Shown: positions 9,204-20,087 of the stretch, one piece after another | How the letters are laid out: every line of letters begins with the position of its first letter | Position numbering within the stretch: position 1 is the stretch's first letter | From: Candidatus Omnitrophota bacterium | GTDB taxonomy: Bacteria > Omnitrophota > Omnitrophia > Omnitrophales > Aquincolibacteriaceae | Direction of reading: 5' to 3' | Length of the DNA: 45,565 bases | Assembly (NCBI GenBank): GCA_043803685.1 | Contig: JAZDJU010000057.1 | Location: forward strand, 1 to 45,565 | Made by a program: the position numbers and the translations under genes | The notes under the pieces: generated by a model | The model's input: the letters and a program-made list of their open reading frames with translations, nothing else | What the model was told of the DNA's origin: nothing | Database searches by the model: none

Positions 9204-11146
9204 ATTACGTCGCATCGCCTTGGGCGATCGTTATTTTCCTCGCTTTCGTATCTACTGTTTTGATGATCTCCTATCATTTTGCCCGCCTCACAAAGTCCGC
9301 CGCTTCCTTTTACGCTGCCGGGGGAACGATCCATTGGTCAGTGAACGGTATTGCCTTTGCAGGAGATTATCTTTCCGCGGCTTCTTTTCTCGGCATTTGC
9401 GGGATGATCGCATTTTCAGGATATGACGGATTTCTTTATTCGATTGGGTATCTGGCCGGATGGATCGTAGCTCTTTTTGTCGTGGCGGAACCGATGAAAC
9501 GCTTAGGGAAATACACTTTTACCGACGCCTTGGATTCCCGGTTCAATTCCAAAGGCATTCAGATCACCGCGGCGATCAGCACTTTGCTGGTTTCCTTGTT
9601 CTATCTCATCCCGCAGATGGTCGGCGCGGGGTCCCTTGTGACGCCTCTTTTGGGTCTCCCGCATTGGGCAGGTGTCGTGATGGTGGGGTCGATCGTTTTG
9701 ACGATTGTTTGTACGGCAGGGATGACTTCGACGACCTATGTCCAGTTTTTAAAGGGCGCGTTGTTGATCGTGTTCTCCCTTGTTTTGGTTAACTTGGTTT
9801 TTTCCCGGGGGATCTCCACAAAGCCAGATCATGGAGGGGATGTCCCCTTTCACAATTTTATCACTTTGAAAGTGGCCGCCGCGGGTACCGAATCGATGAC
9901 CCTGGAAGATCCCACGTATAAAGTGATGAGTGAATGGAAAGTCGGCGCGGGCGATCATGAGATGCGTTTCACAAAGCTGGAAAAAGAAGGTGTTGTCTCT
10001 ATCTGGAAATACAACGAAAAACAGGGGCTTCTCGAAGAGACGCTTTACGTGACTCTCTTAGCCGATGGCAGCGAGCTTTTTAATGGCGCTCCCAGATCCG
10101 AAGGTAAATTCTTTCAAGTGGGGCATATGAGCCAGGTCGAGGGCAAAGGACCGGATCAAAAAACAGGCACTCTGGACTTTTTCTCTTTTATCAAAAAAAT
10201 AAGAGAGGGTACTGTGGTGAGATGGAGCAAGGCGACCGTCCTGGACAACGGCGCAAAGATCACCATTTTTTATCAGAATCCAACACCGGGGAAGGATATC
10301 CTGAAGCCGGGGTTGAAATTTAAAGTGGATTCGGCTAAAGGCGCGACGGCTAAGGACAAATGGGATTTTGTGTCTTTGATGCTGGCTCTTTTCTTCGGGA
10401 CCGCGGCTTTGCCGCACATTCTTATTCGCTATTACACCGTTCCCAGCCCGGCCTGTGCCAGAAAATCGACGATTGTGGCGATCATCAGCATCGGTCTTTT
10501 TTATGTTTTGACCTTGTATATGGGGTTGGGATCGATGGTAAACGGAGTGATCGACTTAACGAACGACAATATGTCGGCGCCGTTGTTGGCCAAGTCATTC
10601 GGAGTGGTGATCTTTGCCATCATATCCGCGTTAGCGTTTGCGACTGTTCTGGGAACTGTGAGCGGCCTTATTATCGCGGCGTCCGGTGCGGTCGCCCACG
10701 ATATTATGGACAGGTTCATGGGTAAGAATTTGACGGATCATAAGAAAGTTTCAGCCGGAAAAACAGCCGCTGTTTTCGTGGGATGTATCGCGATGATCTT
10801 AGGCGTTCTTTTTAAGGGGATGAATGTCTCCTACTTAGTGGGTTGGGCCTTTGCGATTGCGGCCTCGGCGAATCTGCCGTCTATTTTGATGCTGTTGTTT
10901 TGGGATAAAACGACCGCTCACGGGATCATTGCTTCCATTTCAGTCGGATTGGTCTCGGCACTAGGCATGATCCTTCTTTCACAGGAGACCTACAATAACG
11001 TTTATCATTTGGTCGGAGTCACCGCCCCGATCCAATTAAATAATCCCGCGATCATTTCTATTCCCCTGAGTTTTGCGGCTTTAGTGATCGGGTCCTATTT
11101 GAGCCAACCGGCAAAGGCCAAGGCCAAGGTTAAGGCAAAGACTTAA
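9200..11146 (+). CDS. actP: Cation/acetate symporter ActP-like (SSS family) with large soluble insertion
   Basis: NGIAFAGDYLSAASFLG, YLIPQMVGAG, GTAALPHILIRYYTVP, AFATVLGTVSGL and AASANLP motifs. Confidence 0.88.
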   Translation: MNYVASPWAIVIFLAFVSTVLMISYHFARLTKSAASFYAAGGTIHWSVNGIAFAGDYLSAASFLGICGMIAFSGYDGFLYSIGYLAGWIVALFVVAEPMKRLGKYTFTDALDSRFNSKGIQITAAISTLLVSLFYLIPQMVGAGSLVTPLLGLPHWAGVVMVGSIVLTIVCTAGMTSTTYVQFLKGALLIVFSLVLVNLVFSRGISTKPDHGGDVPFHNFITLKVAAAGTESMTLEDPTYKVMSEWKVGAGDHEMRFTKLEKEGVVSIWKYNEKQGLLEETLYVTLLADGSELFNGAPRSEGKFFQVGHMSQVEGKGPDQKTGTLDFFSFIKKIREGTVVRWSKATVLDNGAKITIFYQNPTPGKDILKPGLKFKVDSAKGATAKDKWDFVSLMLALFFGTAALPHILIRYYTVPSPACARKSTIVAIISIGLFYVLTLYMGLGSMVNGVIDLTNDNMSAPLLAKSFGVVIFAIISALAFATVLGTVSGLIIAASGAVAHDIMDRFMGKNLTDHKKVSAGKTAAVFVGCIAMILGVLFKGMNVSYLVGWAFAIAASANLPSILMLLFWDKTTAHGIIASISVGLVSALGMILLSQETYNNVYHLVGVTAPIQLNNPAIISIPLSFAALVIGSYLSQPAKAKAKVKAKT

Positions 11147-11157
11147 CTCGCTCCGAG

Positions 11158-12861
11158 CTAGCGGAAAGATTTTTTTGCCGCTGTGTTAAGCTCGAAAAAG
11201 CAAGGTGGCTCGTAGGTCCAGCCCTTTCTCAGACGCGCTTCTTCTCTCCTGATCATCGCAAGCAAAAATCTCCCAAGGATGGGGGCCGCGATCCTCGAGA
11301 TCCATCCGAACTCTTTTAGGATCTCTTCGAGAAGATTGTAAAGTTTAAGGTGGAGCTGGGGCTGGTTCTTATAATATTCTCGCAAAGCCCAGATCACTGC
11401 CGCGTGATCGATCGCCAGAGGGGCGGACTCCCGGAGGATCCTTTTGCGGACACGCGCCGCCGGGTGATGGCGCAGGTTCTTGTGACCGCTTAAAAGTGTC
11501 CCGATCATGCGAGCGATGCTTGGCCCATTCCTGTCAAGATCACTCTGAAACGCTTTGAGAAGAAATCCGGTCTCTTTGCCGGGGCTCATGGTAGCGTGGC
11601 GGTGATTGAACCGGTATTGGCCGTGGGAATCCGCGAAAGGGAGATCTTCCGGGGAAAGGAGGGAACCTTCGGATTCCTTTTCCCGGTGAAGCGGCGTTCC
11701 GGGGAGGGCGGTATAAAGCATGAACTGATGGAAATCCGTTTGATGGCTCACGGCCCAGTCAATGACTTCGTCGAGATTTTCCTCCGAGTGTTCCTCGAGA
11801 CCGATAATGCTCGAGCCGAGAACCGAGATCCCATGTTCCCGGAGTTCCTGGATGAGCTTCCGGGTGTCGGCCCCCTCGATCTTTTCATACAGGCTGTTCT
11901 GGCCCTCGATCCCCATCCATAACCATTTCACTCCCAAGCGAACCAACTCGTCCATCGAGTAACTGCGTATGACATTGACAGAACTGAATATGTAAAGGGA
12001 CCAGCTCTTCTCATATTCTTCCATCAGCTGGAGAAGCCGCAGTATTTTTTTCTTGTAAGCCAAAAAGTTTTCGTCAAAAATAAAAAAAGAGGAGGTTTTA
12101 AGTTTTTGCGCGATGGAATCCATGACTTTAAAAAGCTCATCGCCTGTCGCGTAGAACTCCAAGGACCGGCCTTTCCCCCCGAACAGGTGGGATGTCGAGC
12201 AGAAATTACATCCCATCGGGCAACCCACGGAAGGCATGAGCGCCGCAGCAAGATCCCGGGGCTTTGAAGAAGTTTGGAAGCCCAGGATACGGCTTCCGAA
12301 GCCCGAAAAAACGGCAGGATGGCGTACCGGCGCGTCCGTATCCTGTCCGAGATATTCACGGAACCACCGGATCCCGTCCCCCTTGACGATGAAGTCAGCA
12401 TCGATCATGTCCGAGAGTCCGGAGAGATTTGCGAGGTGTCCTCCGACAACGATCTTAGCCTCGGGAAGTATGCGCCGGATCAGCGTGCACATGGCGCTTA
12501 CTTTGCCGGCGTTGGACAGGATGCTCGAAATTCCGACAACATCGTAGCGGTTTTTCCGGAGCTCCTTTTGAAAGCGTTCGTACGATGGGAAATCAAGGAC
12601 GGCGCAGGGGGCCTCGATATTTTCCTGCAAAAGGAGCAGGCCGAAGGAACGGTGGAACATCCTTAGAGAAAAAGGTCCTTGCAAACGGGTGACCTGGTTA
12701 TGGAAGAGCTCCATCGGGTTGATCGCCCGGCTCCCATAAGCGTCATCTTGCGCATAAGGACCAAAGACGCTTGTCAGCAAGATCCTGGCATTTTTACCAA
12801 GGGGATGCGTCGGCGCTTTGTCGGCACGACCCGCAGTGTTTTCGATCTTTAAGTGGGCCAC
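11158..12861 (-). CDS. B12-binding domain radical SAM protein
   Basis: N-terminal cobalamin-binding-like region (DVVGISS, IVVGGH); GCPMGCNFC; FIFDENF. Confidence 0.88.
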   Translation of the reverse strand: MAHLKIENTAGRADKAPTHPLGKNARILLTSVFGPYAQDDAYGSRAINPMELFHNQVTRLQGPFSLRMFHRSFGLLLLQENIEAPCAVLDFPSYERFQKELRKNRYDVVGISSILSNAGKVSAMCTLIRRILPEAKIVVGGHLANLSGLSDMIDADFIVKGDGIRWFREYLGQDTDAPVRHPAVFSGFGSRILGFQTSSKPRDLAAALMPSVGCPMGCNFCSTSHLFGGKGRSLEFYATGDELFKVMDSIAQKLKTSSFFIFDENFLAYKKKILRLLQLMEEYEKSWSLYIFSSVNVIRSYSMDELVRLGVKWLWMGIEGQNSLYEKIEGADTRKLIQELREHGISVLGSSIIGLEEHSEENLDEVIDWAVSHQTDFHQFMLYTALPGTPLHREKESEGSLLSPEDLPFADSHGQYRFNHRHATMSPGKETGFLLKAFQSDLDRNGPSIARMIGTLLSGHKNLRHHPAARVRKRILRESAPLAIDHAAVIWALREYYKNQPQLHLKLYNLLEEILKEFGWISRIAAPILGRFLLAMIRREEARLRKGWTYEPPCFFELNTAAKKSFR

Positions 12862-13176
12862 TTGTGATTTCCAAACTCGTTGATGGGAACATTAGAATCT
12901 ACCTAATCTGTAACCGTATGTTTATAATAAACTAAACTTTGCGATCCAGAAATGAATACTTGAGGTTTTATGGGAAAAACAAGACCCTGTCGCGATTGTC
13001 GGAGGCGGGGGTCTGGCTATCGGAGCGCGTGGTTTGCCGCAAGCTTCGGTGGGAGCTGCTTGATCTGAACTGAGGGGTGCTGAAAGAGTTTTGGGGACAA
13101 CGATCAGCTTTCGAATTCCGGGAAGAGGTCGAGGGAAAATCTGTGAACGCGCATGAATCAAAAGAGGAAAATTCAA

Positions 13177-14178
13177 ATGATTCGTTTTGGTTTATGTTGT
13201 GTGTTTTTTAAGGAGCCGATCAAATTCCGGACCACGACCGCGAAATATTTAAGGGCATTGACCTCCAAGGAACGCCGTTTGAAACTAGCGGCTTTATGTT
13301 TAACCAATGCCAGGGAGCTTCAGAAAGCGGCAGAGTTTTGCGTCGCAAGCGGCATCGGTTGTTTCCGGGTTAATAGCGGGATCTTGCCGCTCAAAACATA
13401 CCCACCGTATGCGTATCAGTTGGCCGACCTTCCAGGCGGCAAAACGATCCAGAATGAGTTTGTGCGGACAGGGCTGTATGCCCGGGAGAAGGGTCTTCGT
13501 TTTTCATTTCACCCGGATCAGTTTGTTCTGCTGAGTTCAGAACGTCAGGATGTCACTCGGCAATCCGTAGCGGAACTTGAATATCAAGCCGAAGTCAGTG
13601 AATGGATCGGCGCGGATGTGATCAATATCCATGGGGGCGGGGCCTATGGCGATAAAGTATCCGCTTTAAGCCGGCTCACCACGAGATTGAAGAAATTGAG
13701 CTCTCGCATCCGAACTCGATTGACGCTCGAGAATGACGACCGTGTCTATACCCCAAAGGATCTGCTGCCCCTATGCGATAAAATGGGTATACCCCTGGTG
13801 TACGATGTGCATCATCACCGGTGCCTGGCGGATGGTTTAACATCTGAACAGGCGACCCAAGCCGCTTTAAGAACATGGGATCGCGAGCCTCTTTTTCATC
13901 TTTCAAGTCCGCGCGAAGGTTGGAAGAGTAAAACGCCACAATATCATCATGACTTTATTGATAAAAAAGATTTCCCCAAGTTCTGGTATGGTCTTGATAT
14001 CACGGTCGAAATAGAGGCGAAGGCGAAAGAGGTAGCCGTAAAAAGATTGATGGAACAAATGGGGGAATCCGGGAACCCTCCTCCGCGTAAGCTCCGCAGG
14101 GCAGGCACATCACTTAATTCCGGCGGAATGCAGCCGTTTCCCATTAAGGGATGTATCCACGGAATTGCCAGAAATTGA
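13177..14178 (+). CDS. uvsE: UV DNA damage endonuclease
   Basis: SFHPDQF, NIHGGG, LENDD, YDVHHH and EIEAKAKE motifs; ATG 13177 follows GAGG. Confidence 0.93.
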   Translation: MIRFGLCCVFFKEPIKFRTTTAKYLRALTSKERRLKLAALCLTNARELQKAAEFCVASGIGCFRVNSGILPLKTYPPYAYQLADLPGGKTIQNEFVRTGLYAREKGLRFSFHPDQFVLLSSERQDVTRQSVAELEYQAEVSEWIGADVINIHGGGAYGDKVSALSRLTTRLKKLSSRIRTRLTLENDDRVYTPKDLLPLCDKMGIPLVYDVHHHRCLADGLTSEQATQAALRTWDREPLFHLSSPREGWKSKTPQYHHDFIDKKDFPKFWYGLDITVEIEAKAKEVAVKRLMEQMGESGNPPPRKLRRAGTSLNSGGMQPFPIKGCIHGIARN

Positions 14179-14346
14179 ACACAGGCTCTCATGGTCCCTG
14201 GCCGCTTTTTCGGGGGGGAGGCTCAGTTTTTACCAAAGGTGTTGCTGAGGCGTGATTTTCAGAAACGCCTATTTTCTTTGTGATAAAATCCGCATGGTGA
14301 ATTTTAGAGGGATGAACAAAACCGTATCCACCAAGGCGGTAGGGTG

Positions 14347-15756
14347 ATGGAAAGAAAAAGAGTATTAGGATTCTGGGACCTCCTTCTTTTTTCCTTTTGC
14401 GCGATCTTTGGCGTTGAAGCGATCTCGACCACAGCCGCCATCGGACCTTCCGCGATATCCTGGTGGCTGATCTGCATCGTCGGCTATTTTCTCCCCTTTG
14501 GTCTCATTGCCGCTGAATTAGGCTCGACTTACCCTGAACAGGGGGGCATCTATGTCTGGGTCAAAAGGGCGATGGGGAACCGGTGGGCGGCCCGTACGAC
14601 CTGGTGTTATTGGATCGGGCTGCCACTTTGGCTTCCCGCGATCTACATTGCTTTCGCGGAGATCATGGGGCACATGTTCTTTCCGGGCATGGGCTTTCGG
14701 GAGCAGATCCTGGTCGGGATCGTCATGATATGGATCACCGTTTGGATCAATACCTGCCCGCTCGGGGCGTCCAAGTGGGTCACGAACGTTGGCTCCATCG
14801 CGAAACTGCTTGTCCTTGCCGGGATGGTCGCCGCCGCGATCGTGTGCATCTTAAGGAACGGCGGTTTGGCCAATGAGATCACGTTCACCAACATCCTGCC
14901 GGATTTGAGCGCGGCGGTCATTTTTATACCCATGATCATCTACAATCTGGACGGCTGCGAACTTCTGTCCTCCGCCGCCGGGGAAACAAAAGATCCGGTC
15001 CGTGATATCCCGAAAGTCGTGCTTCTTTCCGCCGCTGTGATCGCGTCGCTTTATCTGGTCGCGACATTCACGGTCTGGGCTGTGGTCCCGATCAAGGAGA
15101 TCAATGTCGCGAGCGGGATCCTCCAGATATTCCGGGTCGCGTTCGGCGATGTGGGGGCCGGCAAGGTCGTCACCCTGTTCTTCGGCGTGAACATTCTCGT
15201 GACTTTTTTTACGGTGATCATCGCCTGGACCCTGGGCCAGAACCGGACGGTCGCGGAAGCCGCCCGGAACGGGGTATTGCCCGCGGTGCTCGGCAGGCTC
15301 GGCAAAAACAATAGGGCGCCGGTCGGTGCCGCGGTCCTCTCAGGGGTCATTTCGACCGTTGTGATCGTGCTTTACGGTTTTATTGCCAAGAACGCGGCGG
15401 AGCTTTTCTGGCATGTGCTTTCCTGCTGTCTGATCGTCGGGCTTTTCTCCTATTTATTGCTCTATCCCTCTTTTGTGATCCTCCGGCTGAAAGACAAGAG
15501 CATTCAAAGGCCTTACCGGATCCCGGGTTCCGATGGGTTTGCGATCTTTTTGGCGGTTATGGCAGAACTATTTGTGCTCGCCACGATCCTGATCCTGCTC
15601 ATCCAACCAGGGCATGATTTCATGAAGTCGTCTTTGCCGATCATGGTCGGGGTTGTTATCACGCTCGTCGTGGGTGAGGTTCTCGTCGCCCGGTCCGCCC
15701 GGAGATCGCAGGATCTTCGGGTGGGAGATCGATCGAGCCTAGGGTCGGGCGGTTGA
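14347..15756 (+). CDS. APC family amino acid/polyamine permease
   Basis: About 12 hydrophobic segments; AELGSTYPEQGGIYVWV and RPYRIPG; start is GTG 14344 or ATG 14347. Confidence 0.9.
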   Translation: MERKRVLGFWDLLLFSFCAIFGVEAISTTAAIGPSAISWWLICIVGYFLPFGLIAAELGSTYPEQGGIYVWVKRAMGNRWAARTTWCYWIGLPLWLPAIYIAFAEIMGHMFFPGMGFREQILVGIVMIWITVWINTCPLGASKWVTNVGSIAKLLVLAGMVAAAIVCILRNGGLANEITFTNILPDLSAAVIFIPMIIYNLDGCELLSSAAGETKDPVRDIPKVVLLSAAVIASLYLVATFTVWAVVPIKEINVASGILQIFRVAFGDVGAGKVVTLFFGVNILVTFFTVIIAWTLGQNRTVAEAARNGVLPAVLGRLGKNNRAPVGAAVLSGVISTVVIVLYGFIAKNAAELFWHVLSCCLIVGLFSYLLLYPSFVILRLKDKSIQRPYRIPGSDGFAIFLAVMAELFVLATILILLIQPGHDFMKSSLPIMVGVVITLVVGEVLVARSARRSQDLRVGDRSSLGSGG

Positions 15757-15911
15757 GCCGGCGTGGAAGTATTCGATGATCTGCTTGATCAACGAGCGAA
15801 TAATCGGTTTTCGCTCGGATCACGAATTTTTCAGCGGAGTTTTCTGAAGATCTGCGACATAAGGTTCCACATTCTATTCCGTGGGATTTGAGGAGTCCTC
15901 TCGCTTCCGCT

Positions 15912-16973
15912 TCAATTCTGGATATGCGAGCTGTCTTTTGCGATTCTTTCGGCGAGAGCTTTGCCTAATAATTGATAAGCGAGAGGCGAAGGATGTCCGT
16001 CACCCCTTAATCTAAACTGCGGTCCTCCGCTGTCAAACAAGTTTGAAAAATCAATGATCTGAATGCCGCTTGTTTTTAAGAAAGAACCTACCTTGGGTCC
16101 GTACAACGAGTTGGGAGAAATCACAAAATAAAAGGTGCCCTTGGGATATTTTTTCTTAAATTCCCTATTCATCGCCTCGATCACGCGAGCCGTTAGAGCT
16201 ATATGACCTTTAGTGATCGCGGGGGGGATATCCATTCCCGACGCTTTGAACAGGCGACTTTTAAGTAATAATTTATAAAAGATGTTTGTGAAAAAGCGTC
16301 CGCTTTCAAAAGTTCCGCGCCTTTTAAAGATCCCCCTTGAAACTTCTTCATAGTAAACCGCATTTTTCATCCATAAAAGGCAAACAAGTGATCCGATGGT
16401 TCTCTCGATGTGAGGGTCGATGAAAAGATAAACCAACACCCCGTTTTTGGATTTGATCTCGCTTGAAAAATCATAATTTTCGAGCATCGCCAAGAAATCG
16501 AACGGCCCTAAGCCCCCGAATCCATAGTTGTAAGGCGTGAATTCATTTGCCGCCTGGCCAAAATAATAGGGAAAAGTTTCATTACCATTCACGCCGTATC
16601 CGTATGTGAAAGAACAGCCCATGAAAATGGCGAATTTCTCTCTCTCGGATCGCGGATTTACCGGCGTGACCCTCCTTCTGAATTGATCTGTAGAGTGATG
16701 AATGTCAAAAATAGGTTCGATGGTTTTAGGATGGAAAGCCTGGACATGATGGAAGCCTGGCGTGTCATGACGAATTCCAAAGGAATCTCGATCCTGGTAA
16801 TGGGTGGGATCATGTATTTCAATGTTCGAAGGCCCGTTTTCCATAGCTTTGTGGATAGTCCCTATATTCAAAAGCCAACAGGCGATTTCCCCGCAAACGA
16901 ACATAAAAATAAGGACGGCGCATCCGAATAAAAGAGCGATCATGCGCGGGTGTTTTTTTAACAACTTTTTCAT
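15912..16973 (-). CDS. Membrane-anchored SGNH/GDSL-like hydrolase or acyltransferase
   Basis: N-terminal TM helix; block I FMGCSFTYG; NYGFGG; C-terminal DGHP; start chosen at MKKLLKK. Confidence 0.7.
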   Translation of the reverse strand: MKKLLKKHPRMIALLFGCAVLIFMFVCGEIACWLLNIGTIHKAMENGPSNIEIHDPTHYQDRDSFGIRHDTPGFHHVQAFHPKTIEPIFDIHHSTDQFRRRVTPVNPRSEREKFAIFMGCSFTYGYGVNGNETFPYYFGQAANEFTPYNYGFGGLGPFDFLAMLENYDFSSEIKSKNGVLVYLFIDPHIERTIGSLVCLLWMKNAVYYEEVSRGIFKRRGTFESGRFFTNIFYKLLLKSRLFKASGMDIPPAITKGHIALTARVIEAMNREFKKKYPKGTFYFVISPNSLYGPKVGSFLKTSGIQIIDFSNLFDSGGPQFRLRGDGHPSPLAYQLLGKALAERIAKDSSHIQN

Positions 16974-17190
16974 TCTTCGCAAGGAGGGCCCCGAGATTTT
17001 TTGTGCAGCAGTTTTCGATCGACTGAAAGACGCAAAAGGGTCTGATTTTAATATGTTAACGGCGAAAAGAACAAGGAACATTACCCGGACATGGTGATGG
17101 ATCATGAACAATGCTAAAATACAGTCGGCGAGAATGTGAAAGCCTTTTTTTAAAGAACATGGATTGGCTTAAACAAAACAGGAGAAGATC

Positions 17191-17745
17191 ATGAAAATTC
17201 TTTTCAAGAAAAAAATAGCGTGGCTCGTGTTGCTCGGGATGTTTTTTTGTGGCGGGACGGTACACGCGAAATCGGCGCTTGAGATCGACGCGAGCGTGAC
17301 GACGGCCCTCAAGCGTTTTCAAAAAGAGGTTCCGGGGGCGAAAGGTCTGATCGCCAAGGCAAAAGGGGTGTTGGTTTTCCCAAGCGTGATCAAGGCCGGG
17401 ATCGGGCTTGGTGGCGAATACGGGGTGGGGGCCCTCAGGATCAAAGGCAAAACCGCGAGCTATTACAATACCATGAGTGGATCCTTCGGTCTCCAACTTG
17501 GAGGACAGGTCAAAAGTATTTATCTGCTTTTTATGGAAGATCAGGCCCTGAAGAATTTCAGGAACAGTGATGGCTGGAAAGCCGGGGTCGACGGATCAGT
17601 GGCTCTGATCCATATGGGCGCTGCGGCTTCGGTCGATACCGCGAGAACGAACCAACCCATTCTAGGGTTTGTCCTAGGGCAAAAGGGTTTGATGTACAAC
17701 CTGAGCATCGAAGGGTCGAAATTTAACAAGATCGATCCTGATTAG
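17191..17745 (+). CDS. Exported YSC84/SYLF-domain protein
   Basis: AGGAG RBS; signal peptide; AKGVLVFP..KAG.G.GG.YG.G, SFGLQLGGQ and KGLMYNLSIEGSK. Confidence 0.85.
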   Translation: MKILFKKKIAWLVLLGMFFCGGTVHAKSALEIDASVTTALKRFQKEVPGAKGLIAKAKGVLVFPSVIKAGIGLGGEYGVGALRIKGKTASYYNTMSGSFGLQLGGQVKSIYLLFMEDQALKNFRNSDGWKAGVDGSVALIHMGAAASVDTARTNQPILGFVLGQKGLMYNLSIEGSKFNKIDPD

Positions 17746-17777
17746 GACTCCAACGTCTAAAAATAGCGGGGAGGGAC

Positions 17778-18224
17778 ATGAGCGAACACGAAAAGTTTAT
17801 GCAGGCGGCTCTCGAAGAAGCGCGGCAGGGGCTTGCCGAGGGCGGTATTCCGATCGGCGCTGTGCTCGTCAAGGATGGCAAGATCCTTGGGAAAGGGCAC
17901 AACCGGCGCGTGCAGAAAAAGTCGGCGGTGCTGCACGCCGAAATGGATTGCCTCGAGAACGCGGGCCGGCTCAAAGCCTCCGATTATCAACAATGCACGA
18001 TCTACTCCACGCTCTCACCCTGCGATATGTGTACGGGCGCGATCCTGCTCTATAAGATCCCCACAGTCGTGATCGGAGAGAACGAGACCTTTCAAGGCCC
18101 CGAAGCCTATGCGCAAAGCCGTGGCGTCAAGCTGATCAACCTCGAGTCCTCAGAGTGCAAACAGCTTATGAAGGATTTTATCCGCGAGCGTCCGGAACTC
18201 TGGAATGAGGATATCGGCGTTTAA
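17778..18224 (+). CDS. Zinc-dependent nucleoside/cytosine deaminase
   Basis: GGIPIGAVL, HAE and PCDMC motifs. Confidence 0.92.
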   Translation: MSEHEKFMQAALEEARQGLAEGGIPIGAVLVKDGKILGKGHNRRVQKKSAVLHAEMDCLENAGRLKASDYQQCTIYSTLSPCDMCTGAILLYKIPTVVIGENETFQGPEAYAQSRGVKLINLESSECKQLMKDFIRERPELWNEDIGV

Positions 18225-19591
18225 GGTTCTTCCGGAGTGATCTCTGTCGCGAGTTTCTCCGGTGAGGCGGTTTTAGGAATGTTCCTGAGAAGGCGCTCGG
18301 TGAAGAAATATTGCAACCCGGTCCGGGTGACGTGAAAGAAGATGTAGGCGTAACCGCAGCCGACCAGTCCCCAGACCGTGATCATCCAGTAAAGGACCGG
18401 AAAATAAACGAGCGTCGGGAGGAATTGGATCCAGAAACTCAGGTGAGCCTTTCCCATGGCGAGGATCATTGCCGCGAGCGGTAACGTTGTGATCGCGATT
18501 CCGTTGGCGAGCAGGTACCAGACGGTGACGCCGTAAGCCCCCAGGAACTCTTTGCCTGCGACCAGGCCGATGATCGGCTGTCCCCAGATTACAAAGACAA
18601 ACCAAGTGATCACGGAGATAGCTCCCGTAAGGCCCGTCATCCGCTTCACCATGCTCTTGAGATTCGTGAGATCGCCTTTGGCCCAAAGCTGTGCCAACTC
18701 CGGATAAAGCGCCTGGAAGATCGCGTTCGTGGCGCGGTCCAGAACACTGCACAGTTTTTTAGCGAGTTTGTACAAGCTGACATCGGTCAGGCCGAGGAAT
18801 TTTCCGACGATCAGGACGTCGAGCTCCCGGAACCCTGTCTTGACCGACCCCGTCAGGTTTGTCGAGATCAGGAATTTCCACAAGCCGGGGTACCGTTCCG
18901 TGATCCCCTTCAGAGGTTCGGACCCGATGTTCCGGTAACCCTGCCGGCGGAGTTCGATCCAGGCCATGACCGTCAGCGACACATAATCGACGATCTCGGT
19001 CAGCATCCATACCCAAAGAAATCCGCTCAGCCCGCAGTGCAGGGACCAGGCGATGACGACTCCCGCGAACTTGATCCCGGAGGTGACACATTTTTGTACG
19101 GAAAAAAGTTTGAATTTATCGAAAAGCCGGAGGATCCCGGTTGGGACGCCGGCGATATCGAAGGCCACGATCGCGCTATAGATCACGGCCAACTGGGCCA
19201 TTTCCGGGGACCAGTTCTGCCAGCGGGCGATGACCCCGGTCAGCGCTATGGAGATAAGACAGCCGATCAGGGCTGTGGCGCTGTCGACGAGCGTTCCGAA
19301 TTTTACGAGCGCTTTGAAACCCGCGGGACTTTTTTCGCGTAGCGCGTCCGAACCGTACTTGATCATGAATTGCCAGGACTGGAAATTGACCAGCTTATCC
19401 ACGATCCGGACATAGGTATCGATCAGAATAAGCATGCCGAGCTTTTCGGCGCCAAGGGCGCGCGCCGTGATCGCGAAGGTCAGGACCCCTAGCGCCGCGG
19501 AAACCGCGTCTCCGCTGAGGAGGAGTCCGGCGTTCTTGAACAATTTCCGGAACGGCCCGCTCGCGAAAATATTTTTAAAAGCCTGGATCAT
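18221..19591 (-). CDS. Polysaccharide flippase (Wzx/MOP superfamily)
   Basis: 456 aa polytopic protein; KNAGLLL...ITARALG N-terminus; LYPELAQLW. Confidence 0.8.
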   Translation of the reverse strand: MIQAFKNIFASGPFRKLFKNAGLLLSGDAVSAALGVLTFAITARALGAEKLGMLILIDTYVRIVDKLVNFQSWQFMIKYGSDALREKSPAGFKALVKFGTLVDSATALIGCLISIALTGVIARWQNWSPEMAQLAVIYSAIVAFDIAGVPTGILRLFDKFKLFSVQKCVTSGIKFAGVVIAWSLHCGLSGFLWVWMLTEIVDYVSLTVMAWIELRRQGYRNIGSEPLKGITERYPGLWKFLISTNLTGSVKTGFRELDVLIVGKFLGLTDVSLYKLAKKLCSVLDRATNAIFQALYPELAQLWAKGDLTNLKSMVKRMTGLTGAISVITWFVFVIWGQPIIGLVAGKEFLGAYGVTVWYLLANGIAITTLPLAAMILAMGKAHLSFWIQFLPTLVYFPVLYWMITVWGLVGCGYAYIFFHVTRTGLQYFFTERLLRNIPKTASPEKLATEITPEEP

Positions 19592-19740
19592 GTGAAGATC
19601 TCCAAAAGTTAAGGACGGATAATAATCTTAAACATCCAAGAGGGCAAACTTATAACGATGGAGCCTGCGAATAAGATCTCATAATAGCAGGACCTGGCAG
19701 CTTTAATTGAGAAGGAGACTTTATCCCAGGTATCTGGACA

Positions 19741-19769
19741 CCATTTCACACCACGAATGTGTGAAATGG
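19741..19769. promoter_or_regulatory. Perfect 11-bp inverted repeat (candidate operator or hairpin) in the divergent promoter region
   Basis: CCATTTCACAC-7 nt-GTGTGAAATGG. Confidence 0.45.
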
Positions 19770-20051
19770 GCGGAAGTATCCTTAAATGATTATTGCAAAA
19801 TATAGCAAATCATATCGAAAAAAACAAATAACAACCTCTGAAAACCAATGGCAACCATTTGACCTTCTGAAAACATGTGTTATATTTCTATTATTAAGAA
19901 CCTTTCAAAAGTTTTTACGGTCTAGACCCAATACAGCTCAATCAGAGCGGAGCGGTCCCAATTTCAATTCAATCGAAACGCAGTGGAGATTGGGGCCGTC
20001 CAAACTGCCATTAGGAAAAGAAATGGAAAGTTTGGGCGGAGATTTGGGGCA

Positions 20052-20087
20052 ATCCTGACTATCTTATTGTTAAATAAAAGTCAGGAT
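20052..20087 (+). promoter_or_regulatory. Hairpin overlapping the putative RBS of the giant gene
   Basis: ATCCTGACT (20052-20060) pairs with AGTCAGGAT (20079-20087); AGGA lies 9 nt before ATG 20096. Confidence 0.45.

Noticed and set aside
12922..13176. 84-aa minus-strand ORF between the radical SAM gene and uvsE
   Set aside because: No recognisable family, and it overlaps the uvsE RBS region; it cannot be supported from sequence alone.
5622..19591. Integrative element or prophage at tRNA-Asn
   Set aside because: No integrase, transposase, phage gene or duplicated tRNA 3' end was seen in the window.
19786..20058. 90-aa ORF upstream of the giant gene
   Set aside because: AT-rich promoter-like DNA with no clear RBS or protein motif.
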